64,000 nucleotides of DNA, taken from NCBI GenBank assembly GCA_044229975.1, contig JBGARZ010000026.1:32001-96000 (forward strand). Direction: 5' to 3'. The notes beneath the pieces are model-generated. The model ran no database searches. It was not told the origin of the DNA and saw only the letters and a program-made list of their open reading frames with translations. The number at the start of each line of letters is the position of its first letter. Positions within the stretch are counted from its first letter, which is position 1. A program made the position numbers and the translations under genes. The DNA is from Polyangiales bacterium. GTDB lineage: Bacteria; Myxococcota_A; Polyangia; Polyangiales; Ga0077539. Shown piece after piece: positions 11,301 to 17,172 of the stretch.

Positions 11301-12527
11301 GTGGTCGGCCGCTGGGCGCAGGAGACGAGCTCGGTGGCGTGGACCCACGTCGACGGCGTTCCGGCGACGGGGATGGTGACGGGCGACCCGATGGGCTGGC
11401 GCAACGGCGTCAGCACGCCGGGCGACGACGTCGGGCGCTTCAACAGCATCGCCCTCAACGCCGCCAACCAGCCGCGGGTCGCGTACTGGGACACCACCAA
11501 CGACAAGCTGAAGTTCGCGGCCTTCGATGGCACCGCGTGGTCGGCGCACACCGTCGACGCGCAGGGCTCCAACGGCCGCTACGCCTCGCTCGCGCTGCTC
11601 GCCGACGGCACGCCGCTCGTCGCGTACCGCGCGGTGGCCGTGTCCGCCGACGGCCAGGTGCGGTCGGTGGTGCGCGTCGCTCGCGGCAACAGCGCGACGC
11701 CCGCCCGCGCCACCGACTGGACCATCTCCGACGCCGTGACGCTCCCCAGCCGATGCCGCGCTACCGATTGCGCGACGGGTCAGTCGTGCGTGGAGAGCAC
11801 GGGCCGCTGCGCCCCCGCGGGCACCTGCGCCGCCACCTGCGGCTCGGGTCAGGCGTGCGTGGGCACCACCTGCCAGGACATCATCGAGCGCACCTTCGTC
11901 GAAGACCTGCCCCCCGGCGCGCTCTTCATCAACCTGCTCATCGACGGCATGGGCCGTCCGGCGCTGGTGTTCTACAACCGCGACCGCGGCAACCTGATGT
12001 TCGCGCAGGGCAACGCGATGGGGATGTTTGCGGCGCCGGTGATCCTCGACGGCGAAGGCGCGATGGCGCGCGACACCGGCGACCGGGGCATCTCGGCGAC
12101 CGCGACGGTGGAGGGTGCCAACACCATCCACGTGGCCTACGTCGACGGCTGGGAGGAGCGGCTGATGTACCTCCGCGTCGTCAACGGAGCGCCCATGGGC
12201 GCGCCCGCGGTGGTCGACGACGGCTCTGGCGTCGGGACGACCATGAGCTTCGAAGACGGTCGGCACATCGTGGGTGACGGCGCCTCGGTGATCGTCGGCA
12301 CCGGCGGTCTTCGCATCGCCTACCAGGACGCCACCGTCGGAACGCTCCGTCTCGCGTCCCTCACGGGCTCGGGGATGGCCGCCACGTGGACGCGCTCGGT
12401 GGTCGACTCGATGAACCACACGGGCTATTGGGCCTCGACCTCGCGCGGCTTCATCGGAACCTACTGGCGCGACCTGTCCGACTCGTCGATGCGGCGCTGG
12501 GGCGTGCGGGTCTTCCCGCTGCCCTGA
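8319..12527 (+). CDS. 1402-aa multidomain lipoprotein: BPI/LBP-like N-region, Ig-like domains, internal MYXO-CTERM-like motif, second lipobox, Cys-rich and beta-repeat C-region
   Basis: N-terminal lipobox ISG|C; internal GGCGC-linker-TM-RRRRR followed by VAAALVAATGAVAVG|C; uninterrupted ORF with coding-type codon bias. Confidence 0.8.
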   Translation: MWSTLHKVYWMLAVILISGCGGGGCSGCAGGAIAPIPGGYPLAPETRIPRAAQIRLTEGGLNRIEAVAPSLLGGLVGSGIPVPTISQNLSVGRAIVCPSGSCPIRITLPATNALDLGFAEPNAIGVRARVEINGDIPIRACVGSCNDRCGGTFCGTIASPTLNINTARGGHPYIGLSTRATIRRDTHAQRLNYHRADIVSPTGSGDAVQETPGEGIENEDISCNDSWVCGIINLLRGTIVGLVRDQISGALGPIADALAMSDTNPPGCPTGTTARSGSCVYPDNTNVPTLLGTDGAGNFGALFASLSPGVRANVAYTLAAGDPTADSQVINGGMSINMFGAMQSAGHNACVPRLPAPAIPTIPEYMALRGNVVPGTMTPIDLGIGIAEEFLNYSAFQLWDAGTLCLGVGTNLSQQISAGTFAILPALSSMRQILFPATTGPVAIVLRPQQPPAVRIGRGTNVDTDPLLGIRLPRLALDFYAWSEERYVRFMTLTTDAVVGVNLEADAGGLLPRLGQLRTENITVSNNTLLSNNPALIGTSLSAILGPALGMLGGSLSPIAIPGFDVPGSGGSTLGRVAINIPAGGVQGVTEGSNRFLGLFAGIAFTPAGSRPSTATLDTIATLDAVRVEPAFFRSAAGFTQENLPHVAFHVSSPNDLGHPVEYSWRIDRQTWSSFSTETQYDIQDFAFAGPGRHTIAVRARIAGEPSTADSEPAQFTFIIDPVAPELSAHLDQGAVIAEATDNQNTALEYSFQFDNGPASEWGASDRADVPEGATRIVVRVRDASGNVTERIINRQSLIRGGATTDSGSGGCGCRVAGASSNSSGRGSAGLLGLFAAGVVIAARRRRRASARVAAALVAATGAVAVGCADTNTATNADGGDGGGVVGDNGMVDPMDGGATTCESGQNLCASSGMCTTPPACPECMPGFGPMGAPTFTAATCAYDTSACSCVRLPPLPPGAVGSHLHMAAAADGAIWMSAYSPGEPTDVARYGDLVVGRWAQETSSVAWTHVDGVPATGMVTGDPMGWRNGVSTPGDDVGRFNSIALNAANQPRVAYWDTTNDKLKFAAFDGTAWSAHTVDAQGSNGRYASLALLADGTPLVAYRAVAVSADGQVRSVVRVARGNSATPARATDWTISDAVTLPSRCRATDCATGQSCVESTGRCAPAGTCAATCGSGQACVGTTCQDIIERTFVEDLPPGALFINLLIDGMGRPALVFYNRDRGNLMFAQGNAMGMFAAPVILDGEGAMARDTGDRGISATATVEGANTIHVAYVDGWEERLMYLRVVNGAPMGAPAVVDDGSGVGTTMSFEDGRHIVGDGASVIVGTGGLRIAYQDATVGTLRLASLTGSGMAATWTRSVVDSMNHTGYWASTSRGFIGTYWRDLSDSSMRRWGVRVFPLP

Positions 12528-12549
12528 CCTCGCGATGAACTGAACCGAT

Positions 12550-12590
12550 CGACGGGCGCGTCGCGATCAACCGATCGCCCGCGCCCGTCG
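12550..12590 (+). terminator. GC-rich hairpin between the large lipoprotein gene and the tRNA
   Basis: CGACGGGCGCG pairs with CGCGCCCGTCG, with inner stem GCGATC/GATCGC; only a weak U tail. Confidence 0.45.
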
Positions 12591-12601
12591 GCTTCTGACA
12601 A

Positions 12602-12689
12602 GTCGGCGTGGCGGAATGGCATACGCAGGTGGCTTAAAACCACCGGGGACGACAGTCTCGTGCGGGTTCGACCCCCGCCGCCGATACCA
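12602..12689 (+). tRNA. tRNA-Leu, anticodon TAA (reads UUA)
   Basis: Acceptor stem GTCGGCG/CGCCGAT, anticodon arm GGTGG-CTTAAAA-CCACC, long variable arm, GGTTCGAC T-loop, encoded ACCA end. Confidence 0.95.
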
Positions 12690-12702
12690 GAGCTGTGGAT
12701 GA

Positions 12703-12718
12703 GGGAGGGAGGGAGGGA
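12703..12718 (+). repeat. (GGGA)4 microsatellite inside a purine tract
   Basis: GGGAGGGAGGGAGGGA read directly; 12701-12740 is almost all purine. Confidence 0.8.
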
Positions 12719-12741
12719 GAGGACGAGGCGGGAGGGGAAGC

Positions 12742-12996
12742 TCAGCTCGCGAGGGCGGTGAGCTTCTCTTCGACGAAGCGATGCACGCTGGTGAGCGTGG
12801 AGATGTTCTTGAACTCGCTCTCGGCGATCTTGAGGTGATAGCGCCGCTCGATGTCCGAGATGATCTCGATGGCCTGCATCGAGTCGACGCCGAGCTCGCG
12901 CAGCGGAACGTCGTCGCCGATGGCGTCGGCGTCCTTCTCGATGACCTCGGCGATGAGGGCGCGGAGGTCTTCCTTCAAGCTGACCGGGGTGGACAT
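12742..12996 (-). CDS. Acyl carrier protein 2
   Basis: 84 aa, acidic, LGVDSM phosphopantetheine motif; GGAG upstream of the ATG. Confidence 0.9.
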   Translation of the reverse strand: MSTPVSLKEDLRALIAEVIEKDADAIGDDVPLRELGVDSMQAIEIISDIERRYHLKIAESEFKNISTLTSVHRFVEEKLTALAS

Positions 12997-13010
12997 GGCG
13001 GCTGCTCCGT

Positions 13011-13256
13011 TCACGCGTTGGTGCGCTTCTGAACCAGGTCGACGAGCTGCGCGACGGTGGAGATGCCCACGAGCTGGTCGTCCGGAATCTGGATCTTGAA
13101 CTCGCGCTCCATCTCACCAACGATCTCGAGCATCCCAAGGGAGTCGATGCCGAGGTCGCTGATCGCCGTCTTGTCGTTGGGCAGTGGGATGTCCTTCTCG
13201 GCGACCTTGCTGGCGATCTCGCGGAAGGTGGTGAGCAACTGGTCTCGTGCGATCAT
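13011..13256 (-). CDS. Acyl carrier protein 1
   Basis: About 81 aa, DLGIDSLGMLEIVGEMEREFKIQIPDD; start trimmed from the long ORF. Confidence 0.9.
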   Translation of the reverse strand: MIARDQLLTTFREIASKVAEKDIPLPNDKTAISDLGIDSLGMLEIVGEMEREFKIQIPDDQLVGISTVAQLVDLVQKRTNA

Positions 13257-13327
13257 CGGGGCGACGCGCTCCATGGGGTGGTCATTGGGTGAGCGGCGAA
13301 GAGGCGCGCTCCAGGCGAGCGGTTCAT

Positions 13328-13343
13328 CGCAGCGATCGTGCCT
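13328..13343 (-). promoter_or_regulatory. Candidate sigma54 (-24/-12) promoter for the ACP pair
   Basis: Minus strand AGGCACG-ATCG-CTGCG has GG-N10-GC spacing; a TTGACA lies just upstream at 13347-13352. Confidence 0.4.
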
Positions 13344-13447
13344 GCCTGTCAAGGCGCGCAACCCCCGAGAACACAAGCGTTTCGTGCACGTCTGAAGTGC
13401 GTAGTCGGCGTGGCGGTGGGCACCCCTTTTCGCGCCCCGCCCACGGC

Positions 13448-13477
13448 TTGCTGGCGTCGCGGCGCATCGGCTATAGC
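13448..13477 (+). promoter_or_regulatory. Candidate sigma70-type promoter for the KS operon (near-leaderless)
   Basis: TTGCTG-N18-TATAGC ending 9 nt before the ATG at 13486; no RBS visible. Confidence 0.3.
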
Positions 13478-13485
13478 CCGCGCCG

Positions 13486-14733
13486 ATGGCACCTCGGGTC
13501 CTCATCACCGGGATGGGCGTGGTCAGCTCGATCGGGCTGGGCCGCGAGGCGTTCTGGCGTTCGCTCTCCCGTGGCGTGAGCGGCACCTCGCCCATCGCCT
13601 CCTTCGACACGTCGCGCCTCGGCCGCTCGCTCGCCGCCGAGGTGCAGGGCTTCCGTCCCACGGATCACCTCTCGGCCGTCGAGGCGACGCGCGCCGGTCG
13701 CTGCGCCGCCTTCGCGATGGCCGCCGCTCGCATGGCCGTGCGCGACGCGGGCCTCGGCGACGCTGCGCTCCGCACCGAGCGCGCCAGCGTCGTGCTCGGA
13801 ACCACCATGGGCGAGGCCGACGTCTGCGGGCTCCTCGACGCGCGGTGGATCCACGACGGCGCCGACGCGATGTCGGCGCGGGTGATTCCGAAGTACGCGC
13901 CGTACCTGCTCGCGATGGAGACGGCGCGCGCGCTCGGCTGTCGCGGCACGGTGCTCACGCTGCCGGCGGCATGCGCAGCGGGCAACTACGCCATCGGGTA
14001 CGCGAGCGATCTCATCCGCGCGGGCCGCGCCGACGTGGTCATCACGGGCGCCTCGGAGATGCTGCAAGAACTTCAGTTCGCGGGCTTCGTCCGGCTGGGC
14101 GCGGTCGCCCCGGAGCGCTGCCAGCCCTTCGACCTCGAACGCCAGGGTCTCATCGTCGGCGAAGGCGCCGGGGTGCTGGTGCTGGAGTCCGAGGCCCACG
14201 CGGTGCGCCGCGGCGCGACGGCGCTCGCCGAGGTCGGCGGCTACGGCCTCGCGTGCGACGCCTTCCACATCACGCGACCCGAACCCTCCGGCGCGGGGAT
14301 CATCCACGCCATCCGCGAGTCCATCCGTCGCTCGGGGCTGACGGCGACGGACGTGGACTTCATCAACGCCCACGGCACGGCGACCAAGGCCAACGACGTG
14401 GTGGAGTCGACGGCGGTGCGTGAAGTGTTTGGCGGGCGAGCGGTTCCGCTCACGTCGGTGAAGAGCCTCATCGGGCACTGCATGGGCGCGGCGAGCGCCA
14501 TCGAGGCGGTGAGCTGCGTCGAGACCATCCTCACGGGCGTCTATCCACCGACCGTGGGCTACACGACGCCCGACCCGGAGTGCGACGTGGCCGTGGTCGC
14601 CAACGAGGCGGGACGTGGGCGCGCCGACGTGGTGCTCAACCATTCTCTGGCCTTCGGTGGCTACGACGCGGTGGTGCTCTTCGCGAAGCCCGATCGCCTG
14701 CCGCCGCCCGACGCGCGTGAGGTGTCGGCGTGA
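13486..14733 (+). CDS. Beta-ketoacyl-ACP synthase (FabF-like / type II KS-alpha)
   Basis: VLITGMGVVS, catalytic AA-C-AAG, NAHGTAT, KSLIGHCMGA, SLAFGG. Confidence 0.93.
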   Translation: MAPRVLITGMGVVSSIGLGREAFWRSLSRGVSGTSPIASFDTSRLGRSLAAEVQGFRPTDHLSAVEATRAGRCAAFAMAAARMAVRDAGLGDAALRTERASVVLGTTMGEADVCGLLDARWIHDGADAMSARVIPKYAPYLLAMETARALGCRGTVLTLPAACAAGNYAIGYASDLIRAGRADVVITGASEMLQELQFAGFVRLGAVAPERCQPFDLERQGLIVGEGAGVLVLESEAHAVRRGATALAEVGGYGLACDAFHITRPEPSGAGIIHAIRESIRRSGLTATDVDFINAHGTATKANDVVESTAVREVFGGRAVPLTSVKSLIGHCMGAASAIEAVSCVETILTGVYPPTVGYTTPDPECDVAVVANEAGRGRADVVLNHSLAFGGYDAVVLFAKPDRLPPPDAREVSA

Positions 14734-15884
14734 CCCCGCTCGCCCTCACCGGCTTCGGCGTCGCCTCGCCCCTCGGCCTCGGCTGGGATGCCTTTCGCGC
14801 GAGCCTCGCGGCCCCGCCGGGCGGCGCGTTTACGACGACCCCGACGAGCTTCACGCACCCGCCGCACCCGGCCCTGCGCCTCGCGGAGATCGCCAACTTC
14901 GACCCGCGCCCCATCGTCGGCGACAAGGGTCTGCGCAACAACGATCGGCTCACCCGCCTGCTCCTCGTGGCGGCGCGGCTCGGCCTCGACCACGCGGGCG
15001 TGAAGCGCGAAGCGGCCTTCATCGCGCTCGGCCCCACGGAGGTCGGCGTGTGCGCGTCGACGGCGTACGGGAGCCTGGAGGCCATCCACGAGCTCGACAC
15101 GGTCTCGCGGCTCGAAGACCCGCGGTACATCAACCCGGCGCGCTTCCCCAACACGGTCATCAACAGCTCCGTCGGGTACGTGAGCATCTGGGAAGACCTG
15201 CGCGCCCTCAACGCGACCATCACCAACGGCCCCACCGGGGGCCTCGACGCCTTCGACGCCGCGTCGCTCTGGCTCGCCGCGGGGCGCGCGAAGGCCGTGC
15301 TCACGGGTGGCGCCGAGGCGTCGTCCGAGGGGCTGTGGCACGCGCTTCGACGACTCGGCGTGCTCGACGAGACGCCCGCGACCTGGGCGCCCGGCGACCC
15401 CGCCTCGCGAGGGCTGCGGCTCGGTGAGGGCGCGTGTCTGATGGTGCTCGAAGAGACCGCTGCGGCGAGGGCGCGAGGCGCGACGGTCCACGCGGAGGTC
15501 GTCGGGTACGGCGCGGCGTTTGAGCCGACGGACGACAGCGCGCCGATGGTTCATGTGAGCGGCGAGGCGCTGGCGCGTGCGGTGCGGATGGCGCTCGCGG
15601 ACGCAGGCATCGAGCGCTCGCGGGTGGCGATGGCAGTGAGCGGACTCGGCGGGCTACCGGCCCTTGATGGGCCCGAGCGCGCTGCGATCGCCGCGGTGCT
15701 GGACGGCGTCGAGATCAAGACGCCGAAGTCGTGGTGCGGTGAGACGCTCGGCGCGGCGGGGGCCTTCGGGGTCGCCGCGGCGAGCGCATGGTTGGCGGAC
15801 CGGAGCGCGGGCGACTGCGCGGTAGTGACATCCGTCGGGTTCTACGGAAACGCGTCGGCGCTGGTGGTTCGACGTGCGGAGTGA
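14730..15884 (+). CDS. Catalytically inactive KS homolog (chain-length-factor-like)
   Basis: TGFGVASPLG, NPARFPNTV, GEGA; Cys replaced (NGPTGG) and both His lost (SGLGG, GETLGA); GTGA overlap with the KS. Confidence 0.85.
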   Translation: MTPLALTGFGVASPLGLGWDAFRASLAAPPGGAFTTTPTSFTHPPHPALRLAEIANFDPRPIVGDKGLRNNDRLTRLLLVAARLGLDHAGVKREAAFIALGPTEVGVCASTAYGSLEAIHELDTVSRLEDPRYINPARFPNTVINSSVGYVSIWEDLRALNATITNGPTGGLDAFDAASLWLAAGRAKAVLTGGAEASSEGLWHALRRLGVLDETPATWAPGDPASRGLRLGEGACLMVLEETAAARARGATVHAEVVGYGAAFEPTDDSAPMVHVSGEALARAVRMALADAGIERSRVAMAVSGLGGLPALDGPERAAIAAVLDGVEIKTPKSWCGETLGAAGAFGVAAASAWLADRSAGDCAVVTSVGFYGNASALVVRRAE

Positions 15885-15887
15885 GCG

Positions 15888-17120
15888 ATGAGCTGGATCG
15901 ATGACAAGGCCCACGAGGGTCTGGCGAGGGTGCGCGAGGCGCGCGAGGCCGGGGTGTATCCGTTCTTCCGGGCCTTCGAGAGCGGGGGATTGCGGACGAC
16001 GGTCGAGGGTCACGCCTTCGTCAACTTCAGCTCCAACGACTACCTCGGGCTCACCAACCACCCGAAGGTGAAGGAGGCCGCCAAGCGCGCGGTGGACGTC
16101 TTCGCGTGTGGGCTGTCGAGCTCGCGCGTGCAGGCCACCACCACGGCCCACGTGGAGATCGAAGACCGCCTCGCGAAGTACTTTGGCTTCGAGAAGGCGC
16201 TCGTCACCACCACGGGCTACCAGGCAATGGTCGCGACCATCATGGCGCTCGCCGACCGCGACACGGCGCTCATCCTCGACAACCTGTCGCACGCCTGCAT
16301 CCTCGACGGGACGTTCCTCGCGGCGGGCACGCCGGGCCGTGCGCCCGAGGTGCGCTTCTTCAACCACAACAGCGCGCGCTCGCTGGAGCGGGTGCTCAAG
16401 TCGCGCGAGCGCCCCAACGCGCTGGTGCTGGTCGAGGGCATCTACTCGCTCGACGGCGACATGGGGAAGCTCGCCGAGATCATCGAGGTGTGCGACCGCC
16501 ACGGCGCCGTTCTCGTCGTCGACGACGCCCACGGCTCCGGGACGCTCGGCACCCACGGGCGCGGCATCCTCGAACACCTCGGCCTGGAGGGTCGCGCGCC
16601 CATCGTGGTGTCGACCTTCTCCAAGGTCTTCGGCGGCATCGGCGGCATCATCCTCGGCGGCACCGAGGTCATCGACCACATCAAGCACACCGCGCGCAGC
16701 TTCGTGTTCAGCGCGACGCTCCCGGTGCCCATCGTGGCGGCGGCGTCGACCATCCTCACCATGCTGGAGGAGGAGGGCCCCGCCCTGGTCGCGGAGCTCC
16801 ACGACAACGCGAAGTACATGCGGGCACAGCTCCTCGACCGCGGCTTCGACCTCGGCGCGAGCGATACGCACATCATGCCGGTGATGGTGCGCGACGAGCG
16901 CAAGGCGATGATGCTCCACCACCTGCTCTACGAGCGCGGCGTGTACCTCGTCCCCATCACGTACCCCGGCGTGAAGGTCGGCGAGGAGCGCCTGCGGGTC
17001 AACGTCACCCGCGGCCACACCCGCGCCGAGATGGCGCTCGCGCTGTCGTGCCTCGAAGAGCTGGGCGCCGCCTGCGAGATCCGCAAGCAGGACGCGCAGC
17101 CCGCAGCCCCCATCGCCTGA
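15888..17120 (+). CDS. PLP-dependent alpha-oxoamine synthase (serine palmitoyltransferase/BioF/KBL family)
   Basis: SNDYLG, SHACILDG, EGIYSLDGD, DDAHG, TFSK (PLP Lys), RLRV. Confidence 0.9.
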   Translation: MSWIDDKAHEGLARVREAREAGVYPFFRAFESGGLRTTVEGHAFVNFSSNDYLGLTNHPKVKEAAKRAVDVFACGLSSSRVQATTTAHVEIEDRLAKYFGFEKALVTTTGYQAMVATIMALADRDTALILDNLSHACILDGTFLAAGTPGRAPEVRFFNHNSARSLERVLKSRERPNALVLVEGIYSLDGDMGKLAEIIEVCDRHGAVLVVDDAHGSGTLGTHGRGILEHLGLEGRAPIVVSTFSKVFGGIGGIILGGTEVIDHIKHTARSFVFSATLPVPIVAAASTILTMLEEEGPALVAELHDNAKYMRAQLLDRGFDLGASDTHIMPVMVRDERKAMMLHHLLYERGVYLVPITYPGVKVGEERLRVNVTRGHTRAEMALALSCLEELGAACEIRKQDAQPAAPIA

Positions 17121-17172
17121 GCGCTTCTTGAGCGACGGGCCGCGAGCCCGTAGCGTCGCGCCGGTTCCTGTC

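Noticed and set aside
8370..12419. Very long antisense or alternate-frame ORFs (also 32130-35699, 53092-56580, 35476-38103 and many others)
   Set aside because: Shadow ORFs caused by high GC3 bias; Arg/Gly/Ala-rich, motif-free, and overlapping well-supported genes.
12660..12760. Genomic island integrated at the tRNA 3' end
   Set aside because: No integrase, no duplicated 3' end noticed, no visible composition shift.
13486..15884. Aromatic type II PKS or housekeeping fabF
   Set aside because: No cyclase or aromatase and no fabD/fabG context; the dead KS partner argues against plain FAS.
15888..17120. Calling the oxoamine synthase bioF or spt
   Set aside because: Family motifs do not fix the substrate and no biotin genes are nearby, so no symbol was assigned.
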